This document shows positions 21,311 through 33,885 of a DNA stretch of 64,000 nucleotides, in pieces (within the stretch, counting starts at the first letter, position 1; every line of letters begins with the position of its first letter). The position numbers and the translations under genes are program-made. A model generated the notes under the pieces. The model was not told where the DNA came from. It did no database searches and saw nothing but the letters and a program-made list of their open reading frames with translations. The stretch is from contig NC_135809.1 of NCBI RefSeq assembly GCF_964213995.1, forward strand, positions 82,584,001-82,648,000, read 5' to 3'. Source of the stretch: Mustelus asterias (Eukaryota).

Positions 21311-21327
21311 ACTGTCCATTGATGGGC

Positions 21328-21491
21328 GGGTTAGGTTCATTGGCCATTGTAAATTGCCCATAGTGTCAGGGGGATTAGCAGAGTAAATACATGGGGTTAT
21401 GAGGATTGGGCCTGGTTGGGATTGTGGTTGGTGTAGATTTAATGGGCCGAATGGCCTCCTTCTGCACTATAGGGATTCTATGATTCTATGA
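21328..21491 (+). mobile_element. HE1 SINE 3' half
   Basis: gggccgaatggcctccttctgcact...gattctatgattctatg tail; matches the reverse complement of 58857-59020. Confidence 0.85.
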
Positions 21492-22144
21492 ACTCAACTT
21501 CTCTACATATATTAATCTATGAAAACTACAGGGGTAGATCAAAGAAAAATGGACTTGACCGAATATTGACAAGGTGTCCTCGGACTGTGTATTGTCTTAG
21601 ATAATTCAGTCCCTTTTGTTTTGTGAGGTACAGGTGATGATTATTCATTGGGACTAGATTAGAACGTCAACATTTGATCCTCCATCAAAGTCACAACACT
21701 ATCACTTTACCACAGTTCAGTGATCCTTCCAGTGCAACCCAGCACTGATGGTCCAGCACGTAAACTGAGTTTGCAACCAGACACTGCGTGGATTGGCAGA
21801 GATCTTGGATCATCCCCTGAAAAACAACTTAATCCTGAGCTTGCACACTACATTGCAATTTAAGAATTATCAATTTTTTGAAAAAGTACTCGTGCATTTG
21901 ACAAATGTAGGTTGTCATTTCCAATATAATTTTCACATTGTCTAAACGAGAGTTGCAATAGCATTGCTGGCACCCAGTCTCTGATCTGGCATTTGTTTCA
22001 GTGATTTTTAAAGAGCTTTCATTGCTGCAAGTCTACAACTGATCATCAGATTGTTGGAACCCCTCAGCCTGTTCTACTGTTCAATGAGATCATGACTGAT
22101 CTATAACTGAACTCCATTTACAGTACCCGTCTTTGCTGCATATA

Positions 22145-24085
22145 AAGAGCAAAGAAAAGTACAGCACAGGAACAGGCCCTTCGGCCCTCCAAGCCTGTGC
22201 CGATCATGATGCCCGAACCTTTCTGCCCTTCCTTGGTCCATTTCCCTCTATTCCCTCCCTATTCATGTACTCATCAAGATGCCTCTTAAATGATGCTAAT
22301 GTGCCTACTTCCACCACCTCCTCTGGCAGCATGTTCCAGGCACCCACCACTCTGTGTAAAAAACTTCACCCGCACATCTCCCTTAAACTTGCCCGCTCTC
22401 ACCTTGAACCTGTGCCCCCTTTGACATTTCCACCCCTGGAAAATGCCTCTGACCATCCACCCTGTCTATGCCTTCCATAATTTTGTAGACCTTTGTCAGG
22501 TCTCCCTTCAATCTTTATCTTTCCAGTGAAAACAATCCTAGTTTATTCAACCTCCCTTCATAGCCAACACCCTCGAGACCAGGCAACATCCTGATGAACA
22601 TTCTTTGCACTCTGTCCTAAGCTTCCACGTCCTTCTGGTAATGTAGTGACCAGAACTGCACGCAATACTCCAAATGCAGCCTAACCAAGGTTTTATATAG
22701 CTGCAACATGATTTCCCAACTCTTGTACTCAATGCCTCGGCTGATGAAGGCAAGCATGTCACATGCTTTCTTAATGACCTTGGCCACCTGTGTTGCCATT
22801 TTTAGGTAATTGTGGACCTGCATGCCCAGATTCCTCTGTATGTTCATGTTCCTAAGGGTTCTGTCATTTACAGTATAATTCACACCAAAATTTAATCCTC
22901 CAAAATGCATCACCTCGCAATTGCCCAGATTAAAGTCCATTTGCCATTTCTGTGCCCAACTCTCCAATCTATCTATATCCTGTTGTATCCTCTGACAATC
23001 TCTGGCGCTATCATCAACTCCACCAATCTTTGTGTCATTCGCAAACTTACTAATCAGACCTCCCCCCCACATTTTCCTCCAGAATATTTATATCTATACA
23101 AACAACAGAGGTCCCAGCTCTGATCCCTGCAGGACACCACTAGCTACAGATCTCCGTTCTGAAAAACACCCTTCCACCTCTACTCTCTGTCTTTTATAAC
23201 CAAGCCGGTTCTATATCCATCCAGCCAGCCCACCCTGAATCTCATGTGATTTTTGCATCAGTCTGCCAAGTGGTACCTTGTCAAATGCCTTACTAAAGTC
23301 CATATAAACTACATCCACAGCCTTTCCCTTATCAATTATCTTTGTCACCTCTCCAAAAACCCAATCAAGTTGGTGAGACATGACATTCCCTATACAAATC
23401 ATGCTGCCTGTCACAAACTAGTCCATTTTCTTACAAATGTGCATATATCTTGTCCCTCAGTATCTTTCCCAAAACCTTCCCCAGCACTGACGTCAGGCTC
23501 ACCATCTTATAATTTCCTGGATTATCCCTGTTTGCTTTCTTAAACAAAGGAACAACATTGGCTTTTCTCCAGTCCTCTGCAACCTCGCCTATGGTCAAAG
23601 AGGATGTGAAAATATCTGTTAAAGCCCCAGCTATTTCTTCCCTTGCCTCCCTGAGTAACCTGGGATAGATCCCATTCGGCTCTGGGGACCTGTCTACCTT
23701 AATGCAATTTAGGATATTCAACACTTTGTCCTTCGATATATTGACATTCTCTACAGCGTTCACGCACCTATCCCTGACCTCAACATTCATCATGTCCTTC
23801 TCCTTGTTGAATACCGATACAAAGTACTCATTAAGGATCTCACCCACTTCCTGGGCTCCATGCATAACTTCCCTCCATTGTCCTTAATTGGGCCTACACT
23901 TTCTCTCGCTCCTAATATATGCATAAAAAGCCTTGGGATGCTAAAGACATTTCATGGCCCCTTTTAGCCCTCCTGATTCATCGTTTAAGTTCCTTCCTAC
24001 TTTCACTATTTTTATAAGAGCTTTGTCAGTTTTTAGATGTCTAGACCTATTTTATGCTTCCTTTTTCCTTTTGACTAAGCAAAAC
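22145..24085 (-). mobile_element. 5'-truncated decayed CR1 LINE
   Basis: ORF fragments GIYPRLLREAREEI, DFSKAFDKV, KFANDTK, LEYCVQFW; 3' tail at 22145-22210. Confidence 0.93.
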
Positions 24086-24559
24086 TCTTAATATCTTTGG
24101 TTAACGAAACTTTCAGATTTCGAATTTACAGTCTTTTACGAACAAGGGCTCAAAAATCCTTCCACCGTTTGTATGTTCCCATTAACTCTCCCAAAAGGTC
24201 TGATTCTAATTTTTAGACTGTACCCCTACTTCTGGAAATAGTTTTACTCCACTACCCATTTTGTTGAAAATAACAAATGAATCACTTCTTGACCTTCTAA
24301 CTGTCTGAAAGTGCAGTCCGAGCCTGTGGCTAACCGGCAATGATGTCACTGACTGCATCTGCATGTGTGCGGGAAGTGCTCCCACTAGTGTTGCGATTGA
24401 CAGTTTAAACAGTCTATTAAACAATCTCCTGTCTTTGCTGTGGGGTCTAAATAGAAGCTTGTTTTAATGAGAGATCATGAGATGAGAGATTTTTTTCTCT
24501 CACTGCCAAGTGTTCATGAGTGAAATCTGCATTAGGTCGGAGTTTATTTCTTCCCTCTC

Positions 24560-24900
24560 CATGTGGCATGCAAGGTCTGCCCATAGTGAGAACTCAGTGA
24601 GTGGCTACAGAGTTGGCATAGAGGATATGAGGGGTGGGTAGGGGGGTCATGAATTGGGATGGAGCATATGAGGAGCCATTGGGCTGGGTGGGGAGCATAA
24701 GTTGGCATAGAGGGCATAAGGGCCATGGTGGGTGGTGGGTGGCATTTCAGGCGGTGTGAAGGGCAAGGGCAAGAAGGCTTCAAATGAACTGGGACAATGT
24801 CCCAAAGAACCAAGGTCAGCTTTCTAACTAGCCTACCTTGGTACTTACCTGCCCCCCATGGGCTGCCTATGCTGCACCAGCTAGAATGAAAATGGCACAT
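24560..24900. repeat. Interspersed repeat with degenerate (gagttggcatagagggtatgaggg)-like units; second copy at ~54945-55330
   Basis: Shared ttggcatagag/ttggcatggag units followed by similar ccaa(t)g.aggc.ttct sequence; probably the interior of a non-autonomous DNA element. Confidence 0.5.
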
Positions 24901-25149
24901 TTCCAGTACTTTTTTACCAAGGTGAGTCTGGCGCGTCAGAAACTTTTCCAATTTGTGTAATTCGTCATAGCAGCCAAAATCCAGCCCAATGTAACAGACA
25001 CATTGCTGCTTATTAGAATTTGGACCACTATCTCCATCTGCTACTGAGTGATATTTTGATTGTTTCCCCCTCCTCTGAGCAAACTGTTGACTCCCAAAAC
25101 CTGAAAAAAACCCACGATTTATCCCATTTTCCACCCACCACTAGTCCCC

Positions 25150-25350
25150 ACAGGTGAGCTCTATCCTGCTACCTTTCTCTCTTACATGAAGAGGAGACTA
25201 GGTTTACGATCTCATTCAAAAGCTGGTACCTCAGACAATGCAGCACTCCTGACGTATTGTACTGAGTTGTCAGCCTAGATTACATGTTCAGGACTCTGGA
25301 AAGGTGCTTGCACCCACGACTTTCCCGCTCTCTCTGCTGCACTGAATTGA
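25150..25350 (-). mobile_element. DeuSINE 5' fragment
   Basis: ggtttacgatctcattcaaaagctggtacctcagacaatgcagcactcc is the reverse complement of a Deu-domain-like sequence. Confidence 0.65.
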
Positions 25351-26239
25351 CAACTGTAAAGGACCAAAGATGATTGCTTCAGTTTCACTTATGTTCGACC
25401 AGGGACTATTGTGCCTCAGGATATCAGATGGTGATGACCTGCATAATTGAAAAACTTCCATTAAATCAGCCAAACAAGCTGATGTGACATCAGGGTGCCA
25501 AATTTGGACAGTGCAGGCCTTAGTAGAGCCTGTGCTGTTCACTCCTGAAAACAGAAGTAAGCAACAGTAAGATGGCCCCAGAAGTAGCATTATTTAAGGC
25601 TGGACACGCCATAGTTCTTGGTGTCCGAAAGCAGAACAGTCAGAAGGGGAAGGTTGAGGTGAGGGAATTGAGGTGGTTTGGGAAGCAAGATTTCCATGGT
25701 GACACAATATGCAGCTTGTCCATCATGTCAGGTAGTAGAATGTGGGTGAGCTGAATTTTGAGAAGGGGCATTAGGCAAGAACACATCGTCATTCTCCATG
25801 TTCTCAGTGATGTTGGTTTCTACTGACCTTGTCACGTCTGACCCCTCAATGCAGGGCTGAAGAGATACACGCACCATTGTCCCCATCAACTCTGTTCAGC
25901 TTCCATCTGTCGTGTGCCACCTTTTGCTGCAACAGTGAATGTCACTGGTTGTGTATCAGGGTGTTTGGGTGATGTGCCTGTCATAGCCGAATAGCTGAAG
26001 ATACGAAGCGGCAGAGAGACCTGCTGAGTATTTCCAGCATTTTCTGTGTTTGTATTATATTAGAGGCAGTGAGAGGTGATTATGAGGCCGGCAACATTGG
26101 TACATGTCTGATGGTGAGGTGGTACACCTGGAGGTTTGACATGAGTCCTGAGTGCTAGTGGGTGCTGCTAGATTAATGATGGGGATGTGATGCATTGAGC
26201 AGCATGAGAAGCGAGTGTTGCAGTGCATAGAAGATGTCA

Positions 26240-26410
26240 TGTGAAGATGCATTCACTGACACTAACCATCCATACAAGGTTACGGCACTGCTGCTAGGTC
26301 CTCAGATTCAAGTCCTGAGAGTTGACCTTTCTGGACATCTGTCCCCATTCCCTGCTCAGGATGGTCCTTGGTGGCCTCCTGGACCCTCCTGTTGGACCAT
26401 GGTATTTCTG
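26240..26410 (-). pseudogene. Myb/SANT-like DNA-binding domain relic of a Harbinger-type transposon
   Basis: Translates GGSRRPPRTILSREWGQMSRKVNSQDLNLRT*QQCR, matching the W..V...VN......RTW.QCRKK pattern. Confidence 0.6.
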
Positions 26411-26689
26411 CTGTTGCCTGCATGCAATAAACAATGGTTTCAGCACCACATCAGTCAACCTGGATCCATTTATGTGTTCAGGGGTTCAGTTATTTTCCAT
26501 TGTGAAAATCCTATTAGCCCTGCTCCTGATGGCTCAACCTCACTGTCCTCTCACCGGTCACACTCGTGAACCTTTGCCACCCTCTTTGATGCCTCCGGAG
26601 CCTTCTCCCCTTCCAACTTCCCAGATGCGATGCAGCGATGGCTTATGTGAAGGCCAAGATGAGACGCAAAAAGGGTTGACAATGGTTTA

Positions 26690-27000
26690 GGAGTGGGGTA
26701 GTGAGGGGAGATGAGCAAGTTGGTGAGGGATGGGGAGCATGGAGGTGCGGGGTTGGCAGTGGACGGTGAGGGAGAGTGGGGTGGTGAGGGAGAGTGGGAG
26801 CAGGTGAGGTATTGGAAGCGGGGCAGTGAGGAGAAGAGGGATGATGAGGTGTTGGGAGCAGGGCAGTGAGGGGGAGCAGGGCAGGGAGGTGTCAGAGCGG
26901 GATGTTGAGGAGGAGAGGGACAGTGAGGGGTCAGGAGTGGAGCGGTGAGAGGTCAGGATTGGGGCAGTGATGGGTCATGACTGGGGTGGTGAGGAGGAGC
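26690..27000 (+). repeat. G/A-rich degenerate minisatellite (GGGCAGTGAGG-containing, ~19-20-bp units)
   Basis: Repeated gggcagtgag/ggtgagggag units. Confidence 0.8.
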
Positions 27001-27260
27001 TCCCTTTTTGAACCACTGCAGTCCCTGAGGTGTACTTACACCCACAGTGCTGTTAGAGAGGGAGTTCCAGGAATTTGACCCAATGACAGTGAAGGAATAG
27101 CGATATATTTCCAAGTCAGAATGTTAAGTGACTTGAGGGGAAACTTAAAGATGCAGTTGGTGTTCCCATGTAACTACTGCCCCTGTCCTTCTAAGTGGTA
27201 GCATTTGGAAGGTGCTGTCGAAGGAGCTGTGGTGAGTTTCTGCAGTGCATCTTTTGGATG
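26990..27260 (-). mobile_element. 3' fragment of the CR1/L2-group LINE (empty-site paralog of 20265-20745)
   Basis: gacagtgaaggaatagcgatatatttccaagtcagaatg is colinear with the 20.4/20.7-kb flanks. Confidence 0.75.
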
Positions 27261-28572
27261 ACACACACTGTGTGAGTGGACATTTGGAGTTTGGTGGCTG
27301 ATCAACCACCATCTCACTGAATGACAGAACAGGCTAAAGGTACTAAATATCCAACAAGAAGCAGAGAGTGTGGTGTTACAGAGGGGGATTAATTTAAATA
27401 ACCCTGATTTCTCCTCTCACTACCTGTCTGTAAGACAAAGATGGTTTGATTTCTGATTTTCTACTTAATACAGTTCCAACATTTGGATCAGGAATGGCCT
27501 ATTCTTTTTGCAAATGCAAAATTGGCCTCTGGGAACTCTCCTTTCGAGCTGTTAGAGTGGAGCTTCTCTGACCCTCTTTTGTGCTCCAACAGTACTAGCT
27601 CATGCAACCCCTCGTGTGTACAAGGAATCTTTTGGGATCTTATCCTTCAGTTCAGCACAATTTGTTTTAGCCATTCAAACTCAATGTGGATTTGGAATGG
27701 CTTCCTGCGTGCATTCCAGAATTGTTGGCAGAATGCCTCTAATACTAACTCACAGGCACTTTGAGCAGACTAAGGCTGCTGTCCTAAGACTAGGGAAACC
27801 TCAGAAGGCGGAATGGCGTAGGACCCCTTGGGCTCTCCCAGATAAATGCCCAGATCTCTGGGGGCTATTTCAGCTCTCCTATCTTTTCAAAGGTGGTAAA
27901 ATGACTCCACTGTCTTCAAATTGGGGGAAGGAAACTTGTGGACTTGAGGGCCTCAGAGATTGGTTCCTGGTTAGGGGAATAAGGGTGCGACTGGGTCGAG
28001 AGATATTTTCCCTTGCTATTTCCATTTGTCTGATCACTCTCCTCCTTTGAGCTGCTGGCTCCATTTCCATTTTTCAGAGTTGGAATTCCCTTTCTCTTTC
28101 CTATTCTGTTGCTCTCTCTCTTTCCCTCTCCTTAAATTCTAGCTGCATTTAACCTTCTTCAACTCGAAATTGGCTCAGGTAAGGGATTTGGAGTCATGAT
28201 TCAGCTGTTGCTCGGACTCCGCTACTAGTAATAGACACAGACATTTCACCAAAATCAGAATTAGTTCATTTCTTTTGATTTTGCTAAACAAAGATGTGAA
28301 CTGTATCCCCCTAGCCATAGCTTTCAATTGATTTGTGCTAAGAGTCTCCAAACTTTCTTTTTTTAAATTATCTTGCTGAACCAGCATTTGTGCATCAAAA
28401 GTTGTCATTCTTGTGTGTTAGGACAAGGAATTTGTCGTAATAAGTTACTTGCCTTAAAATTAGTCCAAGCCATTGTGTTTCCCTCTTTTGGTTTCCAGTT
28501 GACTCTTTTATTTCTAATTAGGCTCATCTCTTAACTTGGACTCTGGTTAAATTCAAATTGAGTTATCCAGGA

Positions 28573-28797
28573 TGTAATGACTTTAATGAAGCCTACAATG
28601 TGGACCTCTTAGATTACAAGCTCCCTAATTAAAGCAGTAATGACGTTTCCAATCGGGGAGCCCTTCCTGTGTATATAATGTGGAGAATCAGGATTACAGG
28701 CACTCTTAAAATGAGGAAGTACCTGTCTGAGGGTTGCTGTCTATGTAAAGAAATCTAAGTTTGGTGAAGGGACACCAGCCTCAGATGAGTTCTTTCA
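28573..28797 (+). mobile_element. Small solo LTR inserted in the Gypsy PBS
   Basis: TG...CA ends, TATATAA at ~28672, 5-bp TSD CAGGA/CTGGA. Confidence 0.65.
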
Positions 28798-29078
28798 CTG
28801 GACAAGCCCCCAATTTCTCTCATGGAAGGGAGGGGAAGTAACTGAAACAGCCGTGATTTCTCCTCTCACTACCTGCCTATAAACAGAAAGGTGGTTTTGA
28901 TTTCTAATTTCCTCCTACCTGGCAATGTAGTTTCCCAACCCTTAAATTTGGATTGATCCAATATCTACTAATAACCCCGCAGCAAATTTGAAATAAGGTA
29001 GAATAAGAGGACTGGTTTACTTTACGCGCACAAAAAACATGGGAAAGGAGTTTAACAATATTTGTCCCTTTTGCATTC

Positions 29079-30400
29079 AAAGAACAAAGAACAATACAGC
29101 ACAGGAACAGGCCCTTCGGCCCTCCAAGCCCGTGTCGCTCCCTGGTCCAAACTAGACCATTCTTTTGTATCCCTCCATTCCCACTCCGTTCATGTGGCTA
29201 TCTAGATAAGTCTTAAACGTTCCAGTGTGTCCGCCTCCACCACCTTGCCCGGCAGCGCATTCCAGGCCCCCACCACCCTCTGCGTAAAATATGTCCTTCT
29301 GATATCCGTGTTAAACCTCCCCCCCCTCACCTTGAACCTATGACCCCTCGTGAACGTCACCACCGACCTGGGAAAAAGCTTCCCACCGTTCACCCTATCT
29401 ATGCCTTTCATAATTTTATACACCTCTATTAGGTCACCCCTCATCCTCCGTCTTTCCAATGAGAACAACCCCAGTTTACCCAATCTCTCCTCATAACTAA
29501 GCCCTTCCATACCAGGCAACATCCTGGTAAACCTCCTCTGCACTCTCTCTAAAGCCTCCACGTCCTTCTGGTAGTGTGGCGACTAGAACTGGGCGCAGTA
29601 TTCCAAATGCGGCTGAACCAACGTTCTATACAACTGCAACATCAGACCCCAACTTTTATACTCTATGCCCCGTCCTATAAAGGCAAGCATGCCATATGCG
29701 TTATTCACTACCTTCTCCACCTGTGACGTCACCTTCAAGGATCTGTGGACTTGCACACCCAGGTCCCTCTGCGTATCTACACCCTTTATGGTTCTGCCAT
29801 TTATTGTATCGCTCCCCCCTACGTTAGTTCTACCAAAATGCATCACTTCGCATTTATCTGGATTGAACTCCATCTGCCATTTCTTTGCCCAAATTTCCAG
29901 CCTATCTATATCCTCTGTAGCCTCTGACAATGTTCCTCACTATCTGCAAGTCCAGCCATTTTCGTGTCGTCCACAAACTTACTGATCACCCCAGTTACAC
30001 CTTCTTCCAGATCGTTTGTATAAATCACAAACAGCAGAGGTCCCAATACAGAGCCCTGCGGAACACCACTAGTCACAGGCATCCAGCCGGAAAAAGACCT
30101 TTCAACTACCATCCTCTGTCTTCTGTGACCAAGCCAGTTCTCCACCCATCTAGCCACCTCCCCCTTTATCCCATGAGATCCAACCTTTTTCACCAACCTA
30201 CCATGAGGGACTTTGTCAAACGCTTTACTAAAGTCCATATAGACGACATCCACGGCCCTTCCCTCATCGACCATTACAGTCACTTCTTCAAAAAACTTCA
30301 TCAGGTTAGTGAGGTATGACCTCTCTCTCACAAAACCATGCTGACTATCGTGAATGAGTTTATTCCTTTCTAAATGCGCATACATCCTATCTCTAAGAAT
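29079..30400 (-). mobile_element. 5'-truncated CR1 LINE
   Basis: ORFs 29906-30385, 29583-29930 and 29202-29561 encode RT and C-terminal pieces; tail tattgttctttgttcttt. Confidence 0.95.
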
Positions 30401-30529
30401 ACACTAAAAGAGGGATAAGGGAAAGAAAAGGGTACTCGGGGGTTTTAGTTAAGTCGGGCAGCATGGTTGGTGCAGGCTTGGAGGGCCGAAGGGCCTGTTC
30501 CTGTGCTGTAATTTTCTTTGTTCTTTGTT
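30401..30529 (+). mobile_element. Short CR1 3' tail, head-to-head with the previous copy
   Basis: ggagggccgaagggcctgttcctgtgctgtaattttctttgttctttg; same subfamily as the 6200 tail. Confidence 0.85.
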
Positions 30530-30875
30530 AAGTCAAGACCACGGTAAAAATAAGAGTTATGTTTTCACGTGAGTCCAGAATCAAAAGTCCAATGGCATAT
30601 TCCTTCAAAGAGTAGCAGGCTGACTGTTGCAGGGTGCTCCATTTTTCCAGAAGTGAGGATTTCCTCGATTGGAGAAGGCATTTAGAGTTGAATTAGTCTT
30701 GAAGGCTCAAATACAGAAGTTCCAATATTCCAATGGTTTACAGTGAGGGCCAGGCAATTTAAAACCTGGACAGAGCACTTTCTGCTGCCACCTCTTAGAT
30801 GGTAAATATTAGACAACGACAGCCTGCTTGCCTGGAGTCCTGCTTCCCTTCTGAGGTCAAACAATGACTAAAGAT

Positions 30876-31690
30876 TGTTAGGGACCAGATCAGAAACTCC
30901 AAGGTACATTATGAAATTAACTTAGAGTCCAACTTTATTTGATGTTGGCATTAGTGCAAGCCGAAGGTGTTTTGTTCCAGGTGTGATTCTATTGACCCAC
31001 TAGATATTTGTTTCAGTAAAAACTTTTATTTAGGAACACAGTTAGAACACAACAAAAGGAATTAGCACACTTCAACCTGACAAATTATAATTCTTAACAG
31101 CTATCTATCTCTATAGTTCTAATTTAAGCAATATCCCCATAGACATAAATCCTACTTCAGAACCAGTTAGCACCAAAAACAGATATGCTCACGTGCATTC
31201 CAGCCTTTTAACTACTCTGGACAGATACAGAAAGATACCTGTCTTCTAACTCCCATACAGCAGTTCACAGAGAAAGATCTACCTTCAAGCAGCAGAACTT
31301 CAGAGAAAGAGAACTATTTTCTGGCAGATCCCCATCTCCAGTCACCAGGGAGAGAGAGAGAGCTATTTCCTCTCTATACAGCTCCCAGACAGCAACTGCG
31401 CTTGGTTTCTCTCTCTAAGCCTAGCCCTGCCCAATCACATGACCTTACTTGTCAGTCAACATAATCAACATAATCTGAAAATCCCAGGGGAAAACACTAA
31501 AGTAACAATCCTGCATTCGTCCAGATTAAAACAAACATTCCAGTAATTAAGATCAATTATGCTGCTGCAGCACCAACATGGGCTGCCGGTTAGAGACAAA
31601 GTGGCACTGATAATAGAACTGACTGTTAAAACAAATCCTGCACAAGAAGCATGACACAAATACATTTCTTAAAGACAGTGTATCTTCACT
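30876..31690. mobile_element. Solo LTR (Gypsy-type)
   Basis: TGTTAGGG...TTCACT ends with exact 4-bp TSD AGAT (30872-30875 / 31691-31694). Confidence 0.75.
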
Positions 31691-31740
31691 AGATAAAATT
31701 CAAAAGCTGTGTAAAAGTTGTATAGTTAAAGGAATTAAAG

Positions 31741-33195
31741 GAGGCAAATGTTGTGCCTTTGTTTAAAAAGGGCTGCAGGGAAAAGCCTGGGAACTACAGG
31801 CCAGTGAGTCTCACATCTGTGGTGGGTAAATTGTTGGAAGGTATTTTGAGGGACAGGATCCACAGGCACTTAGAGACGCAAGGACTGATTAGGGACAGTC
31901 AGCATGACTTTGTGAGTGGAAAATCATGTCTCACAAATTTGACTGAGTTTTTTGAAAGGGTAACCAAGAAAGTAGATGAGGGCAGTGCAGTTGATGTTGT
32001 CTACATGGACTTTAGCAAGGCCTTTGACAAGGTACCGCATGGTAGGTTGTTGCATAAGGTTAAATCTCAGGGGATCCAGCGTGAAGTATCTAAATGGATA
32101 CAAAATTGGCTTCTTGACAGACGCCAGAGGGTGGTTGTAAAGGATTGTTTTTTTAAATTGGAGGCCTGTGACCAGCGGTGTGCCTCAGAGATCAGTGCTA
32201 GGTTCACTGTTATTTGTCATTTATATTAATGATTTGGATGAGAATATAGGAGGCATGGTTAGTAAGTTTGCAGATGACACTAAGATTGGTGGCATCGTGG
32301 ACAGTGAAGAAAGTTATCTCCAATTGCAACGGGATCTTGATCAATTGGGCCAGTGGGCTGACGAATGGCAGATGGAGTTTAATTTAGACAAATGCAAGGT
32401 GATGCATTTTGGTAGATTGAACCAGGGCAGGACTTACTCAGTTAATGGTAGGACGTTAGGGAAAGTTACAGAACAAAGAGATCTAGGGGTACATGTTCAT
32501 AGCTCCTTGAAAGTGAAGTCACAGGTGGACAGAGTGGTGAAGAAGGCATTCGGCATGCTTGGTTACATCGGTCAGAACATTGAATACAGGAATTGGGACG
32601 ATAGGTTGAAGTTGTACAAGACATTGGTAAGGCCACACTTGGAATACTGTGTGCAATTCTGGCCACCCTATTATAGAAAGGATATTATTAAACTAGAAAG
32701 AGTGCAGAAAAGATTTACTAAGATGCTACCGGGACTTGATGGATTGAGTTATAAGGAGAGGCTGGATAGACTGGGACTTTTTTCTCTGGAGTGTAGGAGA
32801 CTGAGGGGTGATCTTATAGAGGTCTATAAAATAATGAGGGGCACAGATCAACTAGATAGTCAATATCTTTTCGCAAAGGAAGGGGAGTCTAAAACTAGAG
32901 GGCATAGATTTAAGGTGAGAGGGGAGAGATACAAAAATGTCCAGAGGGGCAATCTTTTCACACAGAGGGTGGTGAGTGCCTGGAACAAGCTGCCAGAGGC
33001 AGTAGTAGAGGCGGGTACAATTTTATCTTTTAAAAAGCATTTAGATAGTTACATGGGTAAGATGGGTATAGAGGGATATGGGCCAAATGCGGGCAATTGG
33101 GATTAGCTTAGGGGTTTTAAAAAAGAAAGGGTGGCATGGACAAGTTGGGCCGAAGGGCCTGTTTCCATGCTGTAAACCTCTATGACTCTATGACT
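31741..33195 (+). mobile_element. 5'-truncated CR1 LINE (RT + C-terminus, one frameshift)
   Basis: ORFs 31753-32229 and 32168-33106; tail ctctatgactctatgact. Confidence 0.95.
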
Positions 33196-33429
33196 GTATG
33201 AGCTCGTCTCCATCATATGAAGACTTGATTTCAGATTGAGCTTTTTGATTAATGAGGCCCCTGGATGAAACCAACTCTGTTTTAGATCAGGTAACTGTGG
33301 GACCATTAACACCACGTTGGAGATTACAAACTAAGTTGCTGGTGGTTCGGGCTCTTCATCTGACATCCCTGATGAGATGTGAGCTATTATTTAGGTTGGG
33401 GAACTCTTATCAGTATTTACACCACCCTT

Positions 33430-33885
33430 TGTTCAATGGTTTGTTTCTTGCTGAACTGCTACCACCCTCTTTGTTTTCTCTTGCATCATCACCATCACTT
33501 CTATTGTTTGATCATTCTTGCCTTTTGTCCTATCTCTGATCTTTCCTTCCTTCTCCCACCCCTTCCCTTACCTCCACTTGCTTAAAAACTGTTATACTCC
33601 TAACTTTTTCCAGTTGCAATGAAAGGCCTCTAACCTGAAATATCTGCCGTATTTTACCATCTTGCCTGCCCGAGGCTTGTAAGATCCCACCTGAGGCCAA
33701 CGAACAATGCTGTTCTGCAAGCCTTGCCCGTCTCAATTCTGGGGCGGGCGAGGCGGTAAAATTCTGGCCTTCAACTCTGTTTCTCTCTTCAAAGACATTG
33801 CCTGACCTGATTAATGTCTTGATTCTTGTATTTTCTAGTTTTACTCCCAATCTCCAGCATTCATGGCATTGTGTTTTTTTTCAGT
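33430..33885 (+). mobile_element. Decayed Penelope 3' region/terminal repeat with a nested MITE
   Basis: ccagttgcaatgaaaggcctctaacctgaaa ... aactctgtttctctc...cctgacctga...tccagcat. Confidence 0.6.
33645..33769. mobile_element. MITE with imperfect TIRs
   Basis: gccgtattttacc ... ggtaaaattctggc inverted ends. Confidence 0.7.

Larger units (their letters stand above)
27374..30875 (-). mobile_element. Decayed Gypsy LTR retrotransposon (LTR pieces, tRNA-Pro PBS, gag remnants)
   Basis: Direct repeat tgatttctcctctcactacctg at ~27405 and ~28855; PBS TGGGGGCTTGTCC (28800-28812); gag relics CELVLEAFCQQFWNARRKP (cf. YELVPEAYRQKFR), FPQFED, coiled coil; right boundary uncertain. Confidence 0.7.

Noticed and set aside
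24544-25134. 196-aa minus-strand ORF
   Set aside because: Runs through a low-complexity interspersed repeat; no domain recognisable.
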